A DNA stretch of 64,000 nucleotides from Chiloscyllium plagiosum. Its lineage: Eukaryota. Under the pieces are notes generated by a model. The model was not told the DNA's origin. It worked only from the letters and a program-made list of their open reading frames with translations, and did not search any database. A program made the translations under genes and the position numbers. The DNA lies in assembly GCF_004010195.1 (NCBI RefSeq), contig NC_057718.1, forward strand, positions 8,145,552-8,209,551, in the 5' to 3' direction. Below are positions 37,640 to 49,969 of the stretch, piece after piece; positions within the stretch are counted from its first letter, which is position 1; each line of letters begins with the position of its first letter.

Positions 37640-38210
37640 TCAGGACATTGGTCAGTTCACTTTTGGAATACTACATTCAATTCCAGTCTTCCTGCTACAG
37701 GAAGGATGTTGTGAAACTTGAAAGGGTTCAGAAAAGATTTACAAGGATGTTGCCAGGGTTGGAGGGTTTGAGCTACAGGGAGAGGCTGAATAGGCTGGGG
37801 CTGTTTTCCCTGAATAGGCAGCGTCAGAGGCTGAGGGGTGACCTTATAGAGGTTTATAAAGTCATGAGGGGCATGGATAGGATAAATAGACAGTCTTTTC
37901 CGTGGAGTCCAAAACTAGATGGAAAAGGTTTAAGGTGAGAGGGGAAACACTTAAAAGGGACCGAAGGGGCAACTTTTTCACGCAGAGGGTGATATGTGTA
38001 TGGAATGGGCTGCCAGAGGAAATGATGAAGGCTGGTACATTACACCATTTAAAAGGCATCTGGATGGGTATATGAATAGGAAGGGGTTAAAAGGATATGG
38101 GCCAAGTGCTGGCAATTGGGACTAGATTAATTTAGGATATCTGGTCAACATGGACAAGTTGGACCAAAAGGTCTTTTTCCGTGCTGTACAGTTCTATGAC
38201 TGTATGACTC
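37640..38210 (+). mobile_element. CR1/HER1-like 3' portion
   Basis: KDVVKLERVQKRFTRMLPGLEGLSYRERL. Confidence 0.9.
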
Positions 38211-38799
38211 CTAATAGGTCAGCCCTCGTTTTTCAACACTGGATTTAAGCAAAAGTGGAACTGTTTCCCTGTGATTAGCTGTCAAAGCCATTAATCATTT
38301 TCTCGATCTGATGGAGCAAGCCTTCTCAAGTTCTCTTCTCCAGACAGATGACCCCTAGTCCGCTCAACATTTCCCTGTAATTAGTGCTTTCCTGACACAC
38401 GCTCTGTAATATTAAGGCTCAAACATTCACATGAACCATTTCTCATCCCATTCAGAGAAAAGACCAAAATCCAAGTACTCTATTGAGGTGTCAGCCTTGG
38501 CTCCAGGCTTGGTAGCCATTTGAAGAAGAGCCAGTTAGACCTTGTACACTGGCCAATATTTGTCATAGAAACAGAGAGCAAACAAAAACAGCAACAGGAA
38601 TAAATCATTCAGCACCTCGGGACTGGTCTGCTGTTCAATTAAATCACAACTGGGATCTGCAACTTAACTCAACTGAGCTGGCTGAAGGTTCGAGAAGAAC
38701 AGGGGTCATGCTCTGAGGATCCAGGGCAGATCATTTCTGACTGAGATGAGGGGAAATTTCTTCAAGTCGGTGACCCTGTGAAATTCTCTGTCATGTCAG

Positions 38800-39230
38800 G
38801 TCATAAGACCAGAGGACAGAGAAGCAGAAGCAGGCTATTTGGCCAATCAAATCTGTTCCACTATTTACTGTGATCATGGCTGACTTAATCATTCTCAATT
38901 ACCCCTTGGTCGTCAGACTGATTAAAAGGAAAATTTCCAATTTGAATATATTTAATGACCCAGCCTCGACAGCCCTCTGCAACAAGGAACATGACAGATT
39001 CATTACTCTCTGACAGAAGAAATTCCTCCTCATAACTGTCCTAAATGTAGCACCCCTTATTCTCAGGTCATTCTCTCTGGTCCTAGAATCTCCCTCAAGG
39101 GGAAACAGAATTTCTGTATCTACCCCATCAAACCCCCTAAGAATCTTTCCAACTTAAATAAGGTTATACCTCATTCTTCAAAACCTCAGTGAGTACAGGT
39201 CAATGACTAGGCCAAGCCGCTAAATATATT
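38800..39230 (-). mobile_element. CR1 3' fragment
   Basis: Similar to 8015-8450. Confidence 0.75.
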
Positions 39231-39284
39231 TCACAAAAAAATAGACTTCTAGACATTAAAGGCATCAGTGAAGAGAAAGTTGGA

Positions 39285-39410
39285 AAACCAAAGGAACCGA
39301 GGATGCTGTAAATCAGAAACAAAACAGAAACTGTTTTGAGCATAAACTCTGACTTCTCTCCACAGATGCCACCAGACATGCTGAGTTTTTCCAGCAATCT
39401 TCGTTTTTCT
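39285..39410. mobile_element. Deleted PLE fold-back mini-element
   Basis: GGATGCTGTAAATCAGAAACAAAACAGAAA followed by inverted CACAGATGCC...TTTTTCCAGCAAT. Confidence 0.6.
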
Positions 39411-40299
39411 TTGTGGTAAGAGAAAGTTGGCATGTGGTATGGTGATAGAGGAACAGCCGATATTAGATTGAATGGTGGAGCAGGGCTCAATGGGCCAATG
39501 GCCTATTCTTGTTCGTATTTTCTGTATTTACATGATACATCTATTCAATTTCCTTTCTTACCGAACAAACACTGTCAAATTCTGTCTTGTAAACTATAAT
39601 TGAACCATAGTATTCACAGCTTTTCTTCAAAAAATATTTCAAGGATGTCAGTCATTGGTAAGGCCAGTGTTTGCTGCTCAACCCTAATTGCCCATAAACG
39701 GAGTGATTTGCTCGGACCATTTCAGAGGGAAGTTAAACATCAGTCACGTTGTTATTGGTATGGAAGTCACATCCAGGTAACAACGGCTGATTTCATTCAA
39801 GGACATTAGTGAATTAGATGGGCTTTTTATAACAGAGTTGAGAGTGTGGCACTGGAAAACCACAGCAGGACATTTCGGGCAAGACCCCTTCATCAGGAAT
39901 GAAGCTTTTTTAACAACCAATGCCATTTGCTGTTGTCACTGTTTATTAGACCTGGCTTTCAAATTCAGCTTTATTAAATTTCACCTCATACTCTGGTGGG
40001 ATTTGGATCCACATTACCCGGTGACATTAACTTAACACCGATCACATTGACATTCCCACCACTCTTTGTGTAAAGCAATTAATCCTCATTTTCCTCCTAA
40101 ACATTTATCTGCAATAATTTTTGTTTATTCCTTCATAGGATATGGACATCACTGACTGGGCCAGCATTAATTAACCTTCCCTTAGCTTACTTGGGGCTGT
40201 TTAGTGTCAACCACATTGCTGTGGGTCTGGAGTCACATGGAGGCCAGACCAGGTAATTACGGCAGATTTCCTTCCTCAAAGGACTTGGTGAACCAGATA

Positions 40300-40663
40300 G
40301 GCCTGGGACCCTTTAACCTCATGGCATCAACATCGACTTCACCAGTTTCTAAATCTCCCCTCCCCCCAGCCTCACCCCAGATCCAACCCGGCACCACCAT
40401 CTTGACCTGTCCATCTTCCTTCCCACCTACCTGCTCCACCCTCCCCACCGACCTATCACAATCAACCACCCACCTATCGCCTTCTCACCTGCCTTTTCCC
40501 AACCGATTTATCTCTCAGCCTCCTTCCCTCTCCACATTCCTGATGAAGGGCTTAATCCCGAAACGTCGATTCTCCTGCTCCTCGGATGCTGCCTGACCTG
40601 CTGTGCTTTTCCAGCGCCACACCTTTCAACTGACTCTTCAGCATTTGCAGTCCTCACTTTTTC
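40300..40663 (+). mobile_element. Penelope-like 3' fragment with hammerhead, nested in a SINE
   Basis: Similar to the end of the minus-strand GIY-YIG region at about 46940-47000; CAUUC CUGAUGA A GGG-CUUAAU-CCC GAAA CGUC at 40535-40567. Confidence 0.8.
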
Positions 40664-41756
40664 CCAACAATCAGCAATGGATTCATGGTCATTATTAGAC
40701 TCTTAATTCTGGATTTTAATTGAATTTCAATTCCACCATCTGCTGTGCTGAGATTTGAACCCAGGACCCCAGACATGACCTGGGTGTCTGGATTATTAGT
40801 CTAGTAACAATGCCACTATGCTGTCTATAAAATGATTCATTGGATGTGGCAGCATTTATTGTCCATCTCTAATTGCCCAGTGGCCAGTTAAGAGTTAACC
40901 ACATTGCTGTGCATCTGTAGTCACATGTAGGCCAGACCAGGTAAGGATCGCAGATGCTTTCCCCCTTCCCTAAAGTAGGTTAACTAACCAGATGAACTAC
41001 AATTGTCACAGTCCTGCCATTAAGTTAACTTATTCCAAATTTCACTGCCATCGTGGATTTGAACCCACGAATCTCAGAATGTTAGCCTGGGGTCACTAGC
41101 CTAGTGATATTACCACTTCCCCACCTCCTCATCTTTACATCCCACTCCCTTGTTCTCGATAATGCAGAGAGTCTATTTTAAAAGCAAACACAAGAATGAG
41201 AGTGGCTCTCAGATTGGCCGTGCTCTCATTGAATAGCGGAGAATACTTGACTGGTTGATTGGCCTGCTTCTGTTGCCACATATTCTGACTTAAAATAACC
41301 CCGAAAACCAGTTTTTACACAAGTTCATGCATGTGAGTGTGCTCCAAATACCTGAGGAATTCAAGTTAAAATAACATATGGCACATATTTAAAATGCCTC
41401 AGAGAGAAGTCATCAGTAATAACCAGGCTAGCACCTTTGATATAGCAGCAAGAAAACACAGCTCATTGTAACTTATTTGCACATTCGTTATTAATAAGGC
41501 ATTGCACAATTTGATCAGAAGGATGACTGTTGGATAATGATCCAGGCGTTACGGAACTGAAATATCTTTGTCTTGTTGCTTGAAACACCAGCTGATACTG
41601 AGACTCACCCTCCCCACAGGGGCCTCTCTGGCTGACTTGTCTCCATGATGCTACTTTCTCGTGCCTTGTTAGACTGTCAACGCCAGCTCTATATTCTTCT
41701 GCTTTTCTTCTACATTCTGAGGTTGTTTCAGTCCGAGAAAATGTCACTTGTGATCC

Positions 41757-41945
41757 ATAAAAAGTGCTGGAGATCACAGCGGGTCAGGCAGCCTCTGCGG
41801 AGAGAGAGCAGCGCTCCGAGAAAAAGTCATTTCGACTAAAAACATTAGTTTTCCCTCTCTCCATGGAGGCTGCCTGACCTGCTGTGATCTCCAGCGTTTG
41901 TTGATTTCAGTACAGATTCCAGCATCTGCAGTAATTTGCTCCTAA
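41757..41945. mobile_element. PLE fold-back mini-element
   Basis: GCTGGAGATCACAGCGGGTCAGGCAGCCTC inverted as GAGGCTGCCTGACCTGCTGTGATCTCCAGC. Confidence 0.8.
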
Positions 41946-42089
41946 CTTTTGATCAAGTCTTTTGCAGGTTCTGATGTAAAGAAAGTTTATGTTTTGTACA
42001 TTCCTCATTAAAGTCCTTGGTCCCACATTACCCACAATGCCCTTTTCAGTCCCCATCTCAAACATCTCCACATTCTTTGATCCTGGGAT

Positions 42090-42855
42090 GGCAGGACTAA
42101 ATGGAGGACCCCTTATTCTCAGGTTACGCATGAAGAGAGACTGGACTGGTTAGGATGATATACTCACTGGAGTTTAGTAGAATGAGAGGGATCTCATAGA
42201 AACCGACAACATTCTAACAGGACTAGACAGGGTGAACACAAGAAGATGTTCCTGATGACCACCGAATCAAGAACCAAGGGTCATAGTTTAAAGACATGGG
42301 CTAGGCCAATTATGACTGAGATGAGGAAGAATGTCTTCACCCAGAGAGTGGGGAGCCTGCAGAATTGGGTGGCACAGTGGCTCAATGGTTAGCACTGCTG
42401 CCTCACAGTACTAGGGTCCCAGGTTTGATTCCAGCCTCGGGCAACTTTCTATGTGGAGTTTGCACATTCTCCACATGTCTGCGTGGGTTTCCTCCCACAG
42501 TCCAAAGATATGCATGGTCAGGTGAATTGGCTATGCTAAATGGCCCATAGTATTAGGTGCATTAGTCAGAGGGAAATGGGTCTGGGTGGGTTACTCTTCG
42601 GAGGGTCAGTGTGGACTAGTTGGGCTGAAGGGCCTGTTTCCATACTGTAGGTAATCTAATCTAATTCTTTGCCACAAAGTGGTTGAGGCCAAAACATTGA
42701 ATGTTTTCAAGAAGGAGTTAGATCTCATTCTTAGGGCTGAAGGGAATCAAAGGGTATGGGGAGAAAGTGAGAATAGGGACTGAGCTGGATGATCAGCCAT
42801 ATTGAATAGCAGAATGGGTTTGAAGGGCTACATGGCACACTCCTGTTTGTTTCTA
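42090..42855 (+). mobile_element. CR1 3' portion interrupted by an HE1 SINE
   Basis: TTCACCCAGAGAGTGG...GAATT then AATTCTTTGCCACA continues after the SINE. Confidence 0.8.
42366..42665 (+). mobile_element. HE1-type V-SINE
   Basis: A/B-box head, V-domain, (TAATC)n tail. Confidence 0.88.
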
Positions 42856-43188
42856 TCGAGAGTGAAACCTTCAACTCTGGATAAGACATTCTAAACGTAG
42901 CATTCCAAAAGTGCATGAGGTGGAATTGCCCTGATATGGTTATATCTTTCATTTTTTATTCAGTATTTGTCCATCGCTGGTTGAAATGGTGGTGGATGAA
43001 TGACATTCCTGGTACTCGTGCCTGAGTGCTCGACCCAGTTGAGCCTCCTGGGTGGACACAGGCTCCTGGCAATGTTGAGCCTGGAAGAGGCTGGCTATAG
43101 CTGACCTTTCCATTCCCATTTCAAGTATCGATAACTCATGTGAGGTGATGATAATGTCACTGGATTATTATCATGGACAATGATGAGA

Positions 43189-43398
43189 CACTCAGTTCTT
43201 CTATAATGTGATGGTTGTGCTCTAGTGCAATTATAGAAAAGACACACTTTAGAAACAGCTTAAAGTGTTGGTGATGTAATCGCGTTACAGCCAACACACT
43301 TCTTAAAAGTTTGCACTTTAGAAACAGCGTCCCCAATTCAACAATCACGTCACAGTGAAGTTGTGTTAACAAAACACGCACTATAGCAGAACAACCTG
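43189..43398. mobile_element. Tigger/pogo-like MITE, diverged
   Basis: Homologous to 63007-63209; imperfect terminal inverted repeats. Confidence 0.6.
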
Positions 43399-44540
43399 CA
43401 TTTGAATTATTGACATCACCAACTTTTGATATATGACTTTCTATGCCATTATCCAAGTTGTTAATAAATAATGTGAATTATTGAGGCCCTGACACAGATC
43501 CTTTTGGGATGTCACTGGTCAAATCCTAACAATTTGAGTACCTACCCATTAATCATATTTCAGAAAAGTATTACATGGCTCTTTCAACAGTGATGGTGGG
43601 CAAGGACAAGGGACAAAGACAGAGGATTGGCACTAGCTGAATGGCCTGTTCCTGCACCATAACTATTCTGCGATTTTGTTATTAATCTGTTGTGGTTTGA
43701 TTCTTAATGGATGTAGAACATAGAAAATAGGACAGTACAGTACAGTACAGTACAGGCCCTTTGGCCCTCAATGTTGTGCTGAGCACTTATCTTAATCTAA
43801 GATCAACCCAACCTACATACCCTTCAGAAAATAAAAACATAATAAATTTGCCCCTTTGACTCCACAAGACTGCTCCTCCTTTCAATATGATCATGGCTGG
43901 TCATCCAATGCTGCCAGTTGGAGTGGACCATCCCCTGTGAGTTAATTGCACCTTTTATAATGTATTGTGTTCCTGTGAGTGGGCCTGGTTCTCTATGGAT
44001 GGATCAGGCCTCTATGGTGACTGAACACCGGTATGTGTGCTGTGGGGTATGCATTTGCTGCATTCAGGACTGGACTCTGCCTTCGGTTGTGGACTCTATC
44101 TTTGGCAATGGATTCTGGATACTGGAGTGGACTCTGTTCCTGGGATTGGACTCTGCATTCTGAAGAAAACTGTTTATGGTAATGGACTCTGTGTACCAGA
44201 AAGGACTCTGTTTGTTGGTAATTAACTCTGTCTTATTGCTTGTTGGGGTTATCACCTGCATTGTCTTGTGTCCCTGGGTCTGGAAGGCCTTACTGAGAGT
44301 TGGGAGGCTCATAGGTCATCCTGAAAGCTGTCAGACTGAGAGCTGGAGGGTGGGTGGGCCGTCCTGTGAACTGGAAGGTGAGTAGGCTGCCCCAAGAGCC
44401 AGAAGGTGGGTAGGCCATCCCGATGCCAGTCTCCACGAAAGCCGGAAGGTGGGTGGGCTGTTCTGAGCACTGTCGTTCTGGGAGGGGATGGAGAAACAGG
44501 ACAGGCTGTCCTAGAGATGGCCGGAAGGTGTGTCAGGGTG

Positions 44541-44932
44541 GACCGAGAGCCGGAAGGGGCATGGTGCGGACTGAGAGCCGGAAGGGGCATGGGGCAGACC
44601 GAGAGCCGGAAGGGACATGGGGCAGACCGAGAGCCGGAAGGGACATGGGGCAGAGCGAGTGCCAGAAGGGGCATGGGACAGACCAAGAGCCGGAAGGGGC
44701 ATGGGGCAGACTGAGAGCCGGAAGGGGCATGGGGCAGACCGAGAGCCAGAAGGGGCATGGGGCAGACTGAGAGCCAGAAGGGGCATGGGGCAGACTGAGA
44801 GCCAGAAGGGACATGGGGCAGACCGAGAGCCTTAAGGGGCATGGGGCAGACCGAGAGCCTTAAGGGGCATGGGGCAGACCGAGAGCCGGAAAGGGCATGG
44901 GGCAGACCAAGGGCCGGAAGGGGCATGGGGCA
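44541..44932 (+). repeat. 28-bp G-rich minisatellite, 14 copies
   Basis: Unit GACCGAGAGCCGGAAGGGGCATGGGGCA at exact 28-bp phase. Confidence 0.95.
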
Positions 44933-45369
44933 GACCAACGCAGCATGGGAGCGGGCTGCCTTAGAGTGGCCAGAAGGTGGGAGGGCTGGGTGGTACTCAC
45001 ATTTGTTCAGCCAAATTACTGCAAGTTTGAAGTTTGCCTTTCTGTCAGATATACTGTAGCTTTTTTTTTCTTGTTCATGTGGCTTTAAATGTCTGACCAA
45101 AGACACAGCTTTCCTGTGATTACCTCCTTACATTCCACTGCAGGACGATTATTGTCCTTTCTGGCAAAAAAAAGGATTCATGGAATCACCACTCCCCTTT
45201 CTAAGGCATGGCTAATTGTTTTCAGTCTCTATGTAACAGCTTGTCTTTGTTCCTTATTCCACCTTATTCCAAACAAAGTTATTGCTGCTTCGGTTCATTT
45301 ACCTTTTGTTGATTCCTTCAATCCATGAACAGTTATTAAAATTCTTAAGTCTGTAAAATCACAATACTC

Positions 45370-46440
45370 TAATGCCTGTCAATACTAAGAAAGAGGTGAC
45401 CTTGGGTGTCTTGAGAAACACTGAAGTAGATAAGTCCCCAGGATCTGATGGGAATCTAGAGCTGAAAATGTGTTGCTCGAAAAGCGCAGCAGGTCAGGCA
45501 GCATCCAAGGAACAGGAGAATCGACGTTTCGGGCATAAGCCCTTCTTCGTCGATTCTTCTGTTCCTTGGATGCTGCGCTTTTCCAGCAACGCATTTTCAG
45601 CTCTGATCTCCAGCATCTGCAGCCCTCACTTTCTCCTGATGAGATCTATCCCAGAGAGGCAAGAGAGATTTCTAGTGCCATGATGGAGATCTTTGTATCC
45701 TCTTTAGCCACAGGCCAGGTCCTGAAAAGCTGGAGAATAGCCAATGTTGATCCTTTGTTTAAAAAAGGCAACAGAAGGATAATCTTGGAAATTATAGGCT
45801 GGTGAGCCTTACATCAGTGGTAGGGAAATTTTGGGGGAAGATTCTTAGGGACAGGATTTATTCACATTTGGATAAGAATGGACTTATTGGGGATAGTCAG
45901 CATGGCTTTATGGAGAGGAAGTCTTATCTCACAAACTTGACTGAGTTGTTTCAAGAAGTGATAAAAGTGAATGATAAGAGAAGTTGTCTACATAGACTTT
46001 ACTAAAGCAGTTGTCAAGGTCTCTCATGGTAGGCTGGTCTAGAAAATTAAATCACATGGAATTCATGATGGGTTGGCAACTTAGATTCAAATTGGTTTGG
46101 CCATAGAAGTCATAGGATAGTTATGGAGGGGTTTTCTGCCTGGAGGTCACTGAGCAGTGGTGTTCTGCAAAAATTATTCTGGGACCTCTGTTCTTTGTCA
46201 TATATGTGAACGATTTGGATGAAGGTTTTGGTGGTCTGAATAGCAAGTTTGCAGACAACATGAAAATTGGTGTGGTTGGGGTTGGCGAGGGAGATTATCA
46301 AAGGATGCAGCAGGATATAGATCAGTTGGAAAGCTGGGCAGAGAAATGGCAGATGGAGTTAATCCAGACGAGTGTGAGCTGATGCAATTTGGGAGGTCAA
46401 ATGCAAGAGGAAGGTATACAGTCAATGGAAGGACCCTTAA
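45370..46440 (+). mobile_element. CR1 RT remnant
   Basis: VDKSPGSD, SLTSVVGK, QHGF..KSYLTNL and KFADN motifs. Confidence 0.85.
45454..45635. mobile_element. PLE fold-back mini-element inside CR1
   Basis: Flanked by CTGATGGGA (45445-45453) and CTGATGAGA (45636-45644); removing it restores DKSPGSD-IYPR. Confidence 0.85.
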
Positions 46441-46444
46441 TGGC

Positions 46445-46662
46445 TACCATGCGGTGGCTTTGACACCCATCATTGTGAAATGCTTCGAGACGTTAAAAAT
46501 CCAGCCTCCCAGATTGCTTTGATACACTACAACCTGACTATCATTGCAATAGATCCACAGCAGATGCCATCTCCCTGGTCCTACAGTCATCTCTGGAACA
46601 TCTAGATAACAAGGACTGCTATTTATTGACTTTAGCTCCGCCTTCAACACCATAATTCCAAC
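46445..46662 (+). mobile_element. Rex/Babar-like RT fragment
   Basis: VALTPIIVKCFE and LFIDFSSAFNTIIP. Confidence 0.7.
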
Positions 46663-46679
46663 TATAGGCAAGCAGGAGG

Positions 46680-48470
46680 CTACAAGAACACAGCAAGGCC
46701 AGGCAGCATCAGGAGGTGGAGAAGTCGACATTTTGAGTGTAACCCTTCTTCAGAACTGGGTGTGGGTGTGGTGGGGAGCTGCAGATAAAGGGGGTGGCGG
46801 GGCAGGGTGGTGAAGTGGGGATGAGTGAAGATAGGAAGAGGGTACGACCTGATTAGTCAATGGGAGGAATGGATCTGATTGGTGGCTGGGAGGGAGAGGG
46901 GCTGGGAAGGGAGTCGGGGGATGAGGAAGGAGGTTGTTTGAAATTAGGGAACTCAATATTGAGTCCTCTAGGCTGCAGACTGCCCAGGCAGAAGATGAGA
47001 TGTTGATCCTCCAACTTACAATTCGGTTCATTGTGACAATAGAGGAAGCTGAGGATGGTCATGTTAGAAAGGAAGTGGGAAGGGGAATTAAAATGGGTGG
47101 TGACTGGGAGGTCTGGTTGGCCCCTGCGGGCCTGGCTGAGATGCTCGGCCAACCGTTCCCTAAGTTTACGTTTGGTCTCCCCGATGTAGAGAAATCCACA
47201 TGGGGAGGATCTGATGCAGTAAACTAGGTTGGAGGAGAGGCAGATGAACCTCTGTCTCACCTGGAAGGACTGTTTTGGGGGTGAGTGCAGGGTGTACTGG
47301 CAGGTTTTGCATCTTTTCCAGTTGCAAGGGAAGGTACCTGAGGGTTCGGGGGGTTGGTGGGGATAGTGGCACAAACCAAGGATTGGCAGAGGGAACGGTC
47401 CTTGCAGAAGGCAGAGAGGGATGGAGGAGGGGAAGATGTTCTTGGTGATGGGGTCTGGTTGGAGTTGGCGGAAAGTTTAAGGATGATGTGTCGGATGCGG
47501 TGGTAAGTGAGGACAAGGGGTAAGTGAGGACAAGGGGTACTCTGTCTTTACTGCACCGTGGGAAGTGGTTTAAGAGCAGGGGAATGGAAGCAGTGTGGCG
47601 GTGGGCTATCTGGATGACAAAGGGGGGCAAAGCACTTTGTTCAAAATAGATGGATATCTGGGATGCTTGGGAGTGGAATGTCTCCCCATCCGAGTGGATG
47701 TGGCAGAGGTGGAGGAAGTGGGAGGACGGGATGGAGTTCTTGCAGGATACTGAGTGGGAGGATGTATAGTCCAGGTAGTTGAGAGAGTCTGTGGGTTTAT
47801 AGTAAATGTCCATCTGAAGACTGTTGCCAGAGCTGAAACTAGAGGGGTCAAGAAAGGGGAGGGAAGTGCCTGAGATGGAGCAAGTGAATTTGAGGGCGGG
47901 ATGGAAGTTGTGGGCGAAGTCAATGAACTGCTCCAGTTCAGCCTGGGTGCAGGACCATGCACCGATGCAGTCATCGATGTAATAGTGGTAGAGTTGGGGT
48001 ACAGTGCCTGTGTAGGTACTGAAGAGGGGCTGTTAGACATAGCTTGCAAGGAGGCAGGCATAACTGGGGCTCATGGCCACCCCCTGGACTTGGAGGAAAT
48101 GGGAGGAGTTAAAGGAAAAGTTATTAAGGGTGAGGACCAGTTCAGTGAGGCGGTGGAGGTGATGCTGGATGATCTGGAGGCCATCCTTATGGGGATGTGT
48201 AATAAGGACTGCATGTCCATAGTGAAGATAAAGCGCTGGGGGCAGGGGAACTGGAAGCTACTGAAGAGATGGAGGGCGTGGTTGGTATCGCGGATGTAGG
48301 TGGGTAGTGCCTGAACCATAGGGGAGAGGATGGAGCCAAGGTAGGAGGAGATGAGTTCGGTGGGGCAGGAGCATGCAGAGACGAGTCAGCCAGGGTAGTT
48401 GGGGAGCAGGTAGAACCGGGCAGTGCGGGGCTGGGGGACTATGAGATTGGAGGTGGTGGAGAGGAGATCT
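46680..48470 (-). mobile_element. Penelope-like element (Neptune-like), frameshifted RT plus GIY-YIG
   Basis: TYIRDTNHAL, FTMDMQSL, DIYYKPTDS..YLDYTSSH, CNWKRCKTC, NLVYCIR...LYIGETKRKLRERLAEH, GLNIEF; decayed hammerhead at about 46722-46755. Confidence 0.92.
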
Positions 48471-48781
48471 ATGTAACCCGGGTAAAGAAATTTCTCCTCA
48501 TTTTGGTCCTAAATGTCTTACCCTGTATCCTCAGACGGTGGTCCCTTGGTTCTGACCAGCCCACTCCCATATCTGTTGACTCCCAGACAGACCTAACATT
48601 TGTCTAGGCGCTGAGGAGGTCAAGGGCAGGTAGTAGGCCAGCACGGGGTGTCCAGGTGGATGGGGTGTGTTGGAGGCATGAGAAGGGGTTGTCAGAGGGT
48701 GGGCGAGAGTCTTGGTTAAAGAAGTAGGCGCAGAGGCGAAGGCGGCAGAAGAATTGTTCGATGTCACGCCGTGTGTTGAAC

Positions 48782-48872
48782 TCATTCCTGAAGAAGGGCT
48801 TATGCCCGAAACATCGATTCTCCTGTTCCCTGGATGCTGCCTGACCTGCTGCGCTTTTCCAGCATTTTCAGC
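48782..48872 (+). mobile_element. PLE mini-element with hammerhead-like core
   Basis: CAUUC CUGAAGA A GGGC-UUAU-GCCC GAAA CAUC GAUU. Confidence 0.75.
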
Positions 48873-49177
48873 TAACATCTGTCTATCCCAGCTTTAAATA
48901 CATTTAATTATGGGTCATCCACATCCTTTGGGGTAGTGAATTTCGAAGATTCGTAGCCCTTTCAATTAAGAGATTTCTCTTCCCCTCAGTCCTAAAAGAT
49001 CACTCCCTTATACTGGGAGAGTGCCTAGACTCCTCAGCTGGGGCTAACAACCTCTTACTGCCTTCAGAACCTTGTGTGTTTCAATGGGAATGTCCCTCAT
49101 TCAAATAAACTCCAGAAACTAACAGCCCAATTTCCTCAGCATAGGACAATCTCTCATTGCCAGGAACCTGGCAAGTG

Positions 49178-49300
49178 GTTCCAAAGAAGGGTCACTGGAC
49201 CCAAAACGTGAACTGTGCTTTCTCTCCACGGATACTGCCAGAGCTGCTGAGTTTCCCCAGCAATGTCTGTTCCTCTTTCAGATCTCCAACATCTGCAGCT
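49178..49300 (+). mobile_element. PLE mini-element (second family), decayed hammerhead
   Basis: AAGAAGGGTC-ACTG-GACCC AAAACGT. Confidence 0.65.
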
Positions 49301-49359
49301 GATTAGTTTATAACAGTCTAATGGAACCTTGGCTGCATCACCCTCAGTGCAGGATAGCT

Positions 49360-49528
49360 TCAGTGTGGTGCTGGAAAAGCACAGCAGGTCAGGGCAGCAT
49401 CCGAGGAGCAGGCATAAGCTCATAAACATCGATTGCCCTGCTCCTTGAATGCTGCCCTGACCGGCTGTGCTTTTCCAGAGCCACACCCTCGACTCTGATC
49501 TCCAGCATCTGCAGTTCTCACTTTCTCC
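49360..49528. mobile_element. PLE fold-back mini-element
   Basis: CTGGAAAAGCACAGCAGGTCAGGGCAGCAT inverted as ATGCTGCCCTGACCGGCTGTGCTTTTCCAG; both arms share an extra G/C. Confidence 0.8.
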
Positions 49529-49969
49529 TGGCTTCTGTCTCAGATCTGCGTTTGCTTTGTGAGCTGAAGACAATTTGTTTCTCTGGCGGACGGTTTAGTG
49601 ATTGCTTTTCTGCTGACTAGCCTGGTCATGGCGAATCCGTCTCACAACCTCAGCGCGAACGGCCATTTTGACTAGCTTTTCACAGCATGGAATAGTGTGC
49701 TAATTAGCCCCAAGTCCCAGCACCTATCACTGGTTTTGATTAGAATCTAGGTGGCTGGATGCAGATCTACTGTGGCACTCATGTCCTCGACAAGAGAGGT
49801 TTTTGTAATTAGATGGCGCCAAATTTAATGCACACGTCAAACAGAAAACAAACCAGCAAGAAAGGTAAAGCAGCCAAAATATACAGTGACATGTAAAGGC
49901 GATCTGTTAAAGGCAAACAATACAAACCAATGGAACTGGAAATAGATCAGTTAACAGAAAGGTAGGGTA

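Noticed and set aside
44309..45106. 265-aa repetitive ORF
   Set aside because: Stop-free 28-bp minisatellite that is open in many frames; period is not a multiple of 3
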